Below are positions 49,989 to 60,987 of a DNA stretch of 64,000 bases, piece after piece. The notes below the pieces were generated by a model, which saw only the letters and a program-made list of their open reading frames with translations, did not search any database and was not told the DNA's origin. The DNA is from Microthyrium microscopicum (taxonomy: Eukaryota). The stretch's first letter is position 1, and each line of letters begins with the position of its first letter. The translations under genes and the position numbers were made by a program. The stretch covers positions 1,039,769 through 1,103,768 of the forward strand of contig MU004242.1 in assembly GCA_010405405.1 (NCBI GenBank), read 5' to 3'.

Positions 49989-50652
49989 TTAGTGTGCTAG
50001 GCAAGAGTTAGCGCATTTCGAATGCGCTGTTGTTAGAAACGTACCGTCTGGTTGGCTAAGAATGTATGTAACGGCTTGGTCAACTGCAATATGATTAGTT
50101 CTTTCTCCGTTAACGCTCGGGTGAGCACAAACCGCTGTGGATGCCATCAGCTTCCTTATCTGGGATTTCAATGCTAAATTCCTAGATTGTTGTTAGCTTG
50201 AAGTAGAGACCGCAAACAAGGCTAACAAACCTCCTCAATGGCCATAACCACTTCCACTGTGTCTAGACTATCCAATCCGAGGTCATTGTTAAAGTTAGAT
50301 GTCTCCGAAAGCTGTGGGATGTGAGTAGAGCTCCAGTATGAATCAGGCTCTTTAACCGACCTTTGAAGGATCCGTGACCTAGTCAAGATTAGCTATGAAT
50401 TACAATTACTTTCAAAGCTACGCTTACTTTATCGAAGTTCTTCAGCAAGTCCAATATGCGTCCTGTAACCTCCTCTTTCGCTAGACCACCTGAGGAAGCG
50501 TAGCACCGAACGCCTTGGAAGCTTATGGCTGGAATGATATGTCTCGATGATAGAAGGGATGAGCGGAAGAGCGGACGGGCAATCGAGGCGGCTTGTCGGG
50601 GTACAGTGGAGGCAGCTGCCCGAGAAGCTGCGAAAAGGATTGGTCGGATCAT
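49989..50652 (-). CDS. ACP1: Mitochondrial acyl carrier protein, NDUFAB1 (exons 50652-50428, 50378-50361, 50311-50231, 50181-50133, 50083-50045, 49996-49989)
   Basis: Mitochondrial presequence; '[26 protein letters not shown]' phosphopantetheine site. Confidence 0.96.
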
Positions 50653-50760
50653 GGCGACAGATTAGAGAAGTATAGGGGCTGGGTTGAGAGGGAATTGGTG
50701 ATGGTTGAGATTGATCGCAGCTTTGAAAGTTTTGGTGTCATTGAAGCTTGATGTAACCTC

Positions 50761-50771
50761 TAGGGTTAGGG
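50761..50771. promoter_or_regulatory. Telobox-like TAGGGTTAGGG in the ACP1/NDUFS8 bidirectional promoter
   Basis: Sits in the middle of the 214-bp spacer between the two ATGs. Confidence 0.45.
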
Positions 50772-50866
50772 TGAGCTCGCCTCTTCTTCCCCAACATTGA
50801 ACTTCACACGACGTACCAGCTACAATTGCCAGCACAAACAGCCAAACCAGTCTATTTCCAACCTCA

Positions 50867-51979
50867 ATGGCCTCTCCACGGTCAGCTCTCGTGCTGGCGC
50901 GAGCCGTACGGCCCCATAATGGCTCTCACGGCCTCACCAGAGCTGTCGCCTCTGCCACCAGCTTGCCACAATCAAACATCACAACTCGGTCGTTCACTCA
51001 AACTTCGATAGCTCAGTTCTCGACAAGTTCTCCGCAACAGGCAACACCTTCTGGGCCCCCTCCACACGGATTTCGAGTTCCGCCACCAAAAAGATGGGAC
51101 GAGGAGACAGAGACCACAATGGACAAGACGGGTCGCCACTTTCTACATTCAGAGCTGTTACGCGGCATGTATGTAGTACTGGAGCAGATGTTTAGACCAC
51201 CGTAAGTCTATGCTATACTCTCAATTGTTGTGCCGGGGACAAAATTTCATGATCGCAGCAGCATTGCATTCCACCATTGTGGCCAATCACAGTCGCGCAT
51301 TTACTAATGAGCAACTTTCTTAGATATACAATATATTACCCATTCGAAAAGGGTCCAATATCACCCCGATTCCGAGGTGAGCACGCGTTACGTCGATATC
51401 CTACCGGAGAAGAACGATGCATCGCATGCAAGCTCTGTGAAGCAATCTGCCCAGCCCAGGCTATCACAATCGAGGCGGAAGAGCGAGCAGATGGAAGCCG
51501 GAGAACAACCAGATATGATATAGACATGACCAAGTGCATTTATTGCGGTCTTTGTCAGGAATCCTGCCCAGTGGACGCAATTGTGGAAAGTAAGTCCGCC
51601 CACATCTCCTTACTATCGATGCGCATGGAAGATTTTGTTCTGCAGAAGCATACAACAGACCCTTTTGTGGCTTCCATTTTCCACGTGGTACCTCTTGATA
51701 ATAGTATTTCAAGACATCATTGGTGCAAAAGGGGCGCAATGATGTGGGGCTGTTGCTATACTTATTCGATTGTCTTGGTCTTGTACGCTAACATGAATTA
51801 GCCCCCAATGCAGAATATGCGACTGAGACTAGAGAGGAGCTACTGTACAACAAGGAAAAGTTACTTGCAAATGGTATGTTATTTGGACGGAAGCTGATCA
51901 CAATACTGACCGCGCTTTAGGAGACAAATGGGAACCCGAGATTGCCGCAGCGGCTAGAGCAGATGCTCCCTACAGATAA
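50867..51979 (+). CDS. NDUFS8: NADH:ubiquinone oxidoreductase 23-kDa 2x[4Fe-4S] subunit, TYKY/NuoI (exons 50867-51201, 51324-51589, 51802-51873, 51921-51979)
   Basis: '[39 protein letters not shown]' and '[16 protein letters not shown]'. Confidence 0.97.
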
Positions 51980-52736
51980 TGACATTGGAAGTGCTCTAGT
52001 GCTGCTTTCTACACAATAACCAACATGTATATACTTCCTCGAGATCCTTCTCGGGAATAGAATTCTTTTGTTGCTTACCCATGTCCACTTTTAGATTCAT
52101 CAGCACAGAATGCTAACTCGAAGCCAAAGAGGCTGGCAAGTCTTTTGCGCCCCAGATTGTTCCACTTCGAAACCATACACGCCAAACTTCATCAGAAGAG
52201 TGCCGAAACTGTAATATTATTAGCATGGAGTTCAAACCACGATTTACTTGAAGGATGAAATACCATATTTCAGTCTTTCGGTTATAAATTTGTGCGGCGC
52301 AATAACTTAAGCGCCCACCACCACGCTTATCCCACCACAGTGCACGGATAAGTATCAAATAATGTTTCAATTTTCGCAAACTCCTTGTCTCAATACTAAC
52401 TATTGGCTTCAGAGGATCCAAAGTCTAAATCCTATCTAGTGGTCAGGGTTTGGAGATACCTCCCATGTACTTGTTACCGCATGTGCGGCGAGAACATTCC
52501 AACTGCCAACAATGCCGCTATCGCGTTTACACCAAAAATACCTCGCTACTGGTAAGAGCTGTTGAAATTGTGAGGCAGGATGCATTAGAACATGCACGAC
52601 ATAGTGTCCTAGTCCTGTCACGCGCCAGGGGCTTGCTGATATGGTGGCGATGTTAGAGGAATAATACATTGAGGATGACCGCCATAGTTCTCCGCGCAGT
52701 TGGCAGCTCTAGTATCGCATTTAGAGCTCTTGCACA

Positions 52737-54905
52737 ATGGATTCTGGGGCTGGAAATCGAAATATGCTTCGAAACCGAATTCGACGAGACCAGAGCTTTG
52801 TTGAAATTACAACTACGACTCGAGGATACACACTAACGGTCGATGAATATCCAACAACAACCAAAACTTTGACTGGAGTTGCGACGACCGGAGGATCTGC
52901 GTTGCATTACAGCTACTCAACAATTACTGCGTACTCAGCAAGCACTGTTCTACCAGTTCAACCGCTCACAACCATATTCACACCACCGTCGAATTGCTTG
53001 AATGATATCATCAGCTCTTCTGGGCTATGGATTGCGCCGGGCTTCATGTCCTCATGTTTTCCTTCCGGCTTTGTTCCTGGCATGTAAGTCGTCCGTGTAG
53101 AATCATTTTCAGGCTATCCTGTTCGAATCATGACTATCTGATTTTTCCCAAGGGAAACAGATCAGATGAACAGCATGCGATCAAACATCGTCTCGTCTTA
53201 TGGCTGTTATTATAGTTTGATATTAACAACACTCAGGTCATATACATTCTCACCAGGAATATGTCCTTCAGGTTATTGGTATCCGGATCAGTCTGTGAAT
53301 CAGCAAGTGATGGCTACGACCACACTTCAAGAGACTGCTATGGCCTGCTGTCCATCGTAAGTTGTTTCAGCACCAAGCTCCTTCCTAGCCTCTAACTAGT
53401 AAATAGGCATTACACTTACTTGGAACAATCTGCAATCTGCAAATCCTGGATTGGTAACACTCTTAGTGTTGGTACTTCGAGTCCAGTAACATTATCAAAT
53501 ACACTGATCACAACAATACCACGGCTGAGTTATACCACTTACTCCTCTGGTACCTCAGCCATTATGACCAGAACTTTATCCGATAACGTCCAGCTCACTA
53601 GAGATGCACAGAGCAGCGACTACGTTCTTGCGGAGGCAATATATGTCCAATACCAATCAACGGATTCGCAAATTCTGGCTCTGCTTGCTACTCAGAGTAG
53701 TACGGGACAAGCATTGAATGCTACATCTATCAATACTCCAGAGCCGGGTTTACATGGCTCATCCCTTGCTGCTGCGATTGTTGCTCCACTCTTGTTCTCT
53801 TTGATGGTCCTTGGCGCCGCAATATTCCTGTTCCGCCGAAGAAGTTTCAAGAAATACCGTTCAGTGAAGATTATGCAAGAAGGTATGAGTTGAGGGGCAC
53901 TATGAGATAATCCAAATTGGCCACTGCTAATGCATTTGACTAGATGATATGCCTGATCAAATCACACCACAAATCGCTGAGCTTCATACGCCTTTCAATC
54001 GAAGTTCACAATACGAAAGCAGTAAGTTAATTCTATCTACTTGACATACCTACTGGCTTTATGTGATTCGCTTCTGGAGTTATCGTTTACCATGCTTAGA
54101 CCCGTCAACAGTAGCGATAAAACCAGACTTCATACCGTATCATTCCCAAGAGGGGAAGCGCTTTTATGCACTTCCCAACCACAGTCAAAATCAACCTCCC
54201 AAGCGCTCATCATCCTTACTTCCACCACCAAAACCGCGAGTTCCGCCAAAGCCAGAGCAACATAACGACTTTCAGCTTCAATCCGTACAAGCTGTCTCTC
54301 CGATAGTTCCGTCACAAGTCGCCACTCGAGAGCGTCCAACATCGCTCGACTCACTGTTTCTGCCCAAAGACAGTCGCCTCATCGGAAGCAATGTCAACAA
54401 CATAACAACCGTACCCGAAGAACCCTCCCTAGTGAACATAGCTAGGACACCGCCATTAATCATTAATAAGAAGGTGGCTCCCCCAGCTACAGCTTGGTCC
54501 GAAGGAAGCACTACCGTAGATATCTTACCTCAGACCCCAACCTCTCCAATCCAAGACCTCCAGACGGCTCAATTCTCAACGATCGCTCCAATCTCGACGC
54601 CCAAAACAGTCTCAATCCAGCGTCAAACAACAGTCCGCCGCCAAAGCACACCACGCAGATCAACAGGCAGTCCAAGAACAGTAAACGCTGACAATTCACC
54701 AGCAAGTAGTAAGGGCCCAGGGCATCGCTCAACAAGCTCCTTGCATTCCTCGGCGCAGGTTAGCCTGAGTCAGCTGCATCAGGATCTCAGACGTGTGAAG
54801 GAAGAGAGAGCGAGGATGAGCAGATTGCAGGAGTTGGCTGAGATGGAAGCTAGGCTTACGGAAGAAATTGGAGTTCATGAACATGGGGCATCATCCATTT
54901 CATAG
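52737..54905 (+). CDS. Single-pass membrane protein: Ser/Thr- and Cys-rich ectodomain, Pro/Ser-rich tail with terminal coiled coil (exons ~52737-53083, 53237-53356, 53407-53882, 53944-54021, 54100-54905; 5' end uncertain)
   Basis: 'PLTTIFTPPSNC...CFPSGF..YTFSPGICPSGY..ETAMACCPS' motif, TM helix 'AAAIVAPLLFSLMVLGAAIFLF' followed by RRR, and juxtamembrane 'AEL'. Confidence 0.75.
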
Positions 54906-55128
54906 CAAGGATAATGGCCAGTCATTCGTTTATAGAAGTACGATTTCCTAGGGTAAGATAGTTTATAATCTATCTGTCTACAGATGTCTAACTACCTCTT
55001 GACTGCAACATTTATCTCCAGTCAGGACGATACACTGATCTCCTCATGAAAGTAAAAAGAATTTCACCAACTCCACGCTAATTCGCTGACCTAACAAAGT
55101 TCTACTAATGTCAAACCGCTGAGTTGCA

Positions 55129-56333
55129 TCAATTGTGCCTATTGTATGAGGTATCCCCCTGGCCATGGCCCATCATTGCCTCTCGCTCATCTTTGACGTT
55201 CGAGTCACCGGATCGTGGTAGCTGCAAGTGACTTTCTGGATCACGGCTCGTGGTCTGGCTCAGAGACTTGTATGACTTTTTTTCAAATTCAATGTAGTCC
55301 CAAAAACCATGAATCATCTCTTGTAATGTGACAGCTAGCTAGCAAAATGTCAGTGAAGAACGAGGACTCCCACAAATTAGTGTCTTACCAGAATGACGGC
55401 AACGGTTTGTCCAAACCTCCAATCATCTTCAGACTCTTCCCCTTCCAAGTGGCCCGAGTTCGCAGACCGCATAGCAATCATGAAATATAAATGCACAGGG
55501 AATTGTGCAATAGCTTGACCAATGATGAAGCGAATATGTTTGTCGGTTCCCAGAACAGAGAGGATCATGACAATGATTAACCAAGGCGCTGTAAGTCCTA
55601 GATAGAGCTTGTCCGCGAAAGGGTGTTTGGTCCCAGAAGAGGACGTGTAATTGGTTCGATAACAATGACCATCTTCGTCGACGTTCCACTCTCCTAGTCT
55701 GACACCAAGGAGGATAACCAGGGCGATGAAAAGAGCAATAAAGCTGTAGAACGCGCGGTGACGGGGAGATAGTCGCGAGACGCGGTTTGGCTTGCCTCGT
55801 AATGAATGGAATTCAGTGACACGAGCTGTAGTCCAGGACCAAGAGGCCATGCAAGTAGCTGATCCTACACTGGTGTCTGTTAGTTACTATACTCATTGGC
55901 CTCCAGAATGATGGAGTAACGTACCCAACCAATGCGGCAGTGTCGTATATCAAGTGAAGATGGTACAGGTCGATATCTTGAGCTTGAGATAGAGCCGTGA
56001 TAATCAAGGCGCCGCCAATTAGGAGTTGAGTATCATTGCCGACCATGAGCATCTTGCTGACAATCCGCAGTCGTCCAAGTTCGATATCTCGTTCCTTCGA
56101 CTCTTCTTCATGTGTCACTTGGAGTCGTCCAAGTTTTGATAAGAAAAAGACAAAGATAGCCAGTACAATTGAGCATAATGCCTGTATAGCAAAGGACATC
56201 AAAATCTACACAAGTTAGTGACGGAATTCATATGCATCAAACTCAATCAATGACTTACACCAATACCAGCAATATCTGGATCGGGCTCGCCAACGCGTTC
56301 GCACACCTTGACTTCGGATGTAGCTTCAGCCAT
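55129..56333 (-). CDS. Multi-pass fungal membrane protein, 'DPDIAGIG' type (exons 56333-56259, 56205-55925, 55869-55389, 55338-55129)
   Basis: N-terminal DPDIAGIG, 'DTQLLIG', 'LYHLHLI', 'EDDWRFGQTVAV'. Three canonical introns keep the frame. Confidence 0.85.
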
Positions 56334-57239
56334 TTCGACACGTCAATGAATGGCAAACTCCCAGGGAATTATGTTTCGTCTCCCAGCGCTACGGAGAGCC
56401 GCAGATGGCATTTATTATATACTTGAGCATTTGGGTACCAGCACTGAACAGCGCCATGTTTAGCCTCGTCCCAGACTCCCAGGTGCAGGATGCATTTGCC
56501 AAGACGTAGATTTACAAAGGGACGTCTCTATGGGGGATAGCTAAATGTAGATACAGCCACTAAAGAAACACCTCGCTCTTTAAAGCTGCAAATGTACTAG
56601 TTTCGAGAGCAGATCAAAATATTCTAAACATATCATATCTTGGCACGTCAACGATCGATTTCTCGAATGATTTTATTGATCACAGCCCATAGTTTTTTTC
56701 TGGACCCCAATGTTGACAAACCTTGAGGGGGAATTCGCGAGATTGTGCAATTTCTTGGATAGCTAGTCGGCGTACATGATTTGGCTCGCGCTTCATCTCT
56801 CCATTCGGCATGATTCACTTTCATCATTTCGGTCTCACCTCGCAGAATATATGATGATTCTTGGGGCATCGAGCCGGAGATCACCGCCTCATGTATGGTG
56901 GTGATCACAGACACTTTGTACAGCGAATTCTATTAAATAGACATTCCATTTCTAGGCTTATGAATTCCACATCCCTTCATTATAGGTCATTAGGAGCGTC
57001 CCTTCCTAGGCAATCGAGAACCTTGTACCCAATTCCTCCAACTTGAAAGGGCATAACAATGACCATCAACACCTGATAAGCTCCCGCTCGTCTACCACTG
57101 ACATTTCTGGCAATCTGTTCCTTCAACGTGGAGACACAGGCTGGGTATCAATCTCTCAGCTGTACTTAACTTCCATCGCTTCATTAGTCCGAACGGATTC
57201 GGTCCGTGGCATCGAAAGGGCCAAGATGTTAGGGAAGAT

Positions 57240-57694
57240 CTATGCAATGGCTTCATAACCACCACCCCGATTGTGTGCGGCACGGTTGGAGAATAGCCAG
57301 TAGATGATCATGCCTCCGATAGGGAAGAGGAAGACGAGGAGGCACCAGAGAACCTTGTGGACGACTGGTCGATTGGATTGTAAAACCTCGACTGTGCGGA
57401 TGAAGTTAGCCATGTCCCTGCGTTCGGAGCGATGTCGGTTGCATTAATGTGACCAGGACGAGATCTCACGACGATTGTCTTTCAGGATTTAATCGTCCTG
57501 GGGACACCTAGGGTGTAGTAGCACTTACTGAAAACAATGATATCAAGAATGAGAACGATAAAGCCAACTACTCCCCCACCAGCGCCATATCGCCAGGCGT
57601 TGCCGTGGTTTTGGGTAGATATGGGCGACGCCTCGGCGAGGGAAAAGAGGCAGAGCTCCAAGATGATGCTGAGGAGAGTTTGAAAAGCGATCAT
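57240..57694 (-). CDS. Small membrane protein with PLDc_N-like hairpin (exons 57694-57529, 57391-57240)
   Basis: Signal-like N-terminus; 'GFIVLILDIIVFIEVLQSNRPVVHKVLWCLLVFLFPIGGMIIYWLF'. Confidence 0.85.
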
Positions 57695-58932
57695 GTTTGC
57701 GGGCTTTGCTGAGGTTGTGTTCAAGAGTAGATTGTTATGGATGAGGAGGATGCAAGATGGAGCGGAGAAGATAACGAAGCTCAGGCAGAAGCTGACGCTA
57801 CTGTGCCGCCCGCATGACAGATCCATCGACGTCATTTAGTAACCCTAGCCCCGACTGGGGTCGTCGGTAGCTACTTCATCTCGTGAATGCGCGTGTGAAA
57901 GCTCCTTCTGCTCTCGGCTTGCCCGTTTGCTGTCAAGCTGTACAGAGTAACTGAGAAAGGGAGTGTTGATAGGAAACATTGCGCAGTGGAAATGTCCGGT
58001 CCGTCGCAAAGAACGCGTACTGCCAGCTGAAGCCATTCTCAAGTCGATGAGCGTCCTCCACTACCCACGTAGCAACAACGCGTTGGCATCCAAAGCGAAA
58101 GCCTAGACACAGGTTATTGATATGGCGGCTGGAGACAGCAGAAAACATCGAATTGCATCTCAGTCAACGCAAGGCAATTGCCACTTGGATATTTTGTCCT
58201 CAAATAAGGGGAACGCATGTTCTGCAATGTTCCAAAGATGAGGTTTGGCCGAGCACCTTGATTCTGAATTCAATAGGCCCGGGCCAAGTTGGATATACTA
58301 CACCATAAAGTTTCGGGGAAGAATTTCATACTCATTATTGCAAGGGGATAAGCGTCGAGAGTCAGACATACAAGAATGAGACGCATGTCAAGATATCGTA
58401 TGAAGTCATCTAGGAAGAAAAAAGGCAGGAAATAAAGGGACGTTTTCACTACGATACTACAAACAGACCTGACCTTGGTCAAGGATCTGTAAAAGCAAAA
58501 CTTTCACACTTTGATCCTTCAGTACAGCCGCAGTGATCAGAAGAAGTAGGTAGGGCTGGAAAGACTGTCAATACCTTTGATAAACAACAAAAAATAGGGT
58601 GTAGGATTCAGTATGGATCTTATTATAGATGAAAGCATATTAACTCAGCGATCAGTTATAATTGGACATCTATCCTGGTAGTCTTTCCCTGTTGTACCGC
58701 GTCAATAAGCTACCTGTAAAGGCTTAGATGGATCCGGTTCACGTATTTGAGCGACAACCTAACGCATATCATGCCAACAGCTCGCTCATTTTATCCTCAT
58801 AACTTCGGTATTTGGGTGGAATCCAGCATCACGACTTGACATCAAATTTTCCAAAAGGGCAATCATCGCACAATCCTATAGTTGAGTTCCAGGTTACGTA
58901 GAACGATGCAACTCAACGATTACCCTTAAAGT

Positions 58933-59442
58933 ATGCGAGACACAAAATCCGATCGACTTCACCTTCGAGCTCCTCAGCTTAGCGATGCAGCAGATGTATT
59001 TGCCATGAATTCAAATCCTGAAATGACGAAATACCAAAGCTGGCCACCACTCACAGAAGAAGCGCAAGCGATAAGATGGGTAGAACAGACAATGAAAGAG
59101 CATACAGAAACACCTTGCATATCCCTTGCATTTGTAGTGACAACTACTGCAGAGAACACCTTCATTGGGAACATAGGTGCCGAAAGTGACCACGACAACT
59201 CGGCCACTGAGCTCTGGTATTCGATTGCTGCAGAACACCATGGCAAAGGATATGCAACAGAAGCTGTGAGGGCAATGATACCGCTCTTGCCTGAGGGATA
59301 TGTCCTTGAAATTGAATGCGACCCAAGAAATGCTGCTTCACGAAAGCTGGCTGAACGCTTGGGCTTCAAAGAGGTTCATTACGAAGAGAAGTCTTATGAA
59401 TGTAAAGGGCAATGGGTTGGGCTTGTCAAATACGTCAGATAA
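58933..59442 (+). CDS. GNAT family N-acetyltransferase (RimJ/RimL-like), intronless
   Basis: 'RLHLRA', 'ELWYSIAAEHHGKGYATEAV', 'DPRNAASRKLAERLGF'. Confidence 0.92.
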   Translation: MRDTKSDRLHLRAPQLSDAADVFAMNSNPEMTKYQSWPPLTEEAQAIRWVEQTMKEHTETPCISLAFVVTTTAENTFIGNIGAESDHDNSATELWYSIAAEHHGKGYATEAVRAMIPLLPEGYVLEIECDPRNAASRKLAERLGFKEVHYEEKSYECKGQWVGLVKYVR

Positions 59443-59867
59443 AATAATTCAACGAACAATGTTGTTCAGCACCGGCTGTACTGCCAATAACTTTGGGGCC
59501 CAATTTTCATAAAGCGCAAGACTATTCGTGCTGTTGATTAGAATAGTCTCAATATTTGTCCTCAAAATCTCCCTCCACATGATCTAGGATATCTCTGTGT
59601 AACTTTTTCTCTCCTGGCATTAGACCTGCGATCATGATTTTGGGAATGAGAGGCTTACTCACTTAATTCCGATGGGATGGTCAAGTTCAATGTCCATTAG
59701 AACAACCTTTACAAACACAGTCGAGCACACTACCAAGTTGATGAGATAGAGATGAAGATTAGCCGTCAGAGGGATCGAGCCCATTGTTTTATGCTATAAT
59801 GACACCCGCAGAACTATTCAGACCCGTTTAATCCAAGACTGAAATGACACGGCGTTGAAAACGTACT

Positions 59868-60437
59868 CTAAGCCTTCTTTCCAATCTCCTCAATCCATTT
59901 TTCAGTAGAAAGTACAGTTCCCTGTTTGATGAATACTTTCTCCATCAACACCCGATGCACCTCATCATCTCTATCCTTACATAAATCCTCCAACACAGTG
60001 ATGCGGAAGTCCAGATCCGCCGCCTGTCTCAATGTAGACAGCACTGCTCCACTCGTAGCTATACCAGCCAGCACCATATTCTCAGTACCAAGGGCACGCA
60101 ATACAGCGTCTAGATCACTGCCCATGAACGCCGAAACACGGCGCTTGGTTACGACGATATCGTCTGCTTGAGGCGCAATTTCAGAAGCAATTGCAATTCT
60201 GGGATTTCCTTCTGTGGCACCGGCGAACGCACCGAGTCTTTCATACGCTGGGTTGCGTCGAGAGACTTCTGGGAGATTGGGCCGGAAGCAGGTTTGGACA
60301 TAGATGATGGGGATGTTTGCTGCGCGTGCTGCTTCAGTAGCTTTTTGGACTAAGCTGAGATAGGGAGCTTTTGACTCGGCGAAGATGTCTAAGATGGCGT
60401 TTTGAAGATCCAGCAGGATCAACACTGTTGGAGACAT
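59868..60437 (-). CDS. Isochorismatase-like (cysteine hydrolase family) protein, intronless
   Basis: 'LILLDLQN', 'VVTKRRVSAF', 'LAGIATSGAVLSTLRQAADLDFRITVLEDLC'. Confidence 0.92.
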   Translation of the reverse strand: MSPTVLILLDLQNAILDIFAESKAPYLSLVQKATEAARAANIPIIYVQTCFRPNLPEVSRRNPAYERLGAFAGATEGNPRIAIASEIAPQADDIVVTKRRVSAFMGSDLDAVLRALGTENMVLAGIATSGAVLSTLRQAADLDFRITVLEDLCKDRDDEVHRVLMEKVFIKQGTVLSTEKWIEEIGKKA

Positions 60438-60593
60438 GGTGGAGGTCGGAGGCTTTTGCTTGCTGCCAATGTGGTGTTTAGAGTTTAGTCGGCAGTTTGG
60501 CAGTTTCTGGAAATACTTAATGTCTCAAGTGAATCCGTACCTTATATAGTAGTATTAGTGGGAAGGAGTGTTGTTGGTAGTCAGTTCGCTACG

Positions 60594-60846
60594 CCGGAAC
60601 CGGCCTCTAACTTGTAGATCTGTGCCCGGTTTCGATGCCCCTATCTTTGATTTGACTGTCATATGTTGACATGAGAATTCAAATTTTGGAACTGTATAAA
60701 ATCTGCAAGAAACAAGTCTGGTGAAGAGGAGGAACTCAGAGACTCGAAAATGACATTATATCCCTGAAACTCCTGATGTGTGCCCGATTAGTTCAGGCAC
60801 ACTCAAAACCGGAGCATGTATGATGCTGAACCTGCCCGGAACCGGC
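60594..60846. promoter_or_regulatory. Duplicated CCGGAACCGGC motif (60594-60604, 60836-60846) in the hydrolase/MFS divergent promoter
   Basis: Exact 11-bp direct repeat with paired CGG triplets, one copy near each TATA-like element (60541-60548 and ~60878). Confidence 0.6.
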
Positions 60847-60987
60847 GTCTTCAATCGCTAACAATCATTCCTGCATTTTATACATAAAGCAATCTCTGTT
60901 TTCTGAAATTCCCACAGACAAGATAACGAGAAACGTTGGAATTAGTTTGTGTGTTATGCGAACTGGAGCTAAATTGACTGTGCAGCG

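Noticed and set aside
50761..50771. TTAGGG motif as telomere or telomerase RNA template
   Set aside because: Under two units, inside a 214-bp promoter; better explained as a protein-binding site.
51590..51801. TPP riboswitch or stwintron in the NDUFS8 intron
   Set aside because: Lacks the CUGAGA and downstream TPP aptamer consensus; no split donor that would be reconstituted by removing an internal intron.
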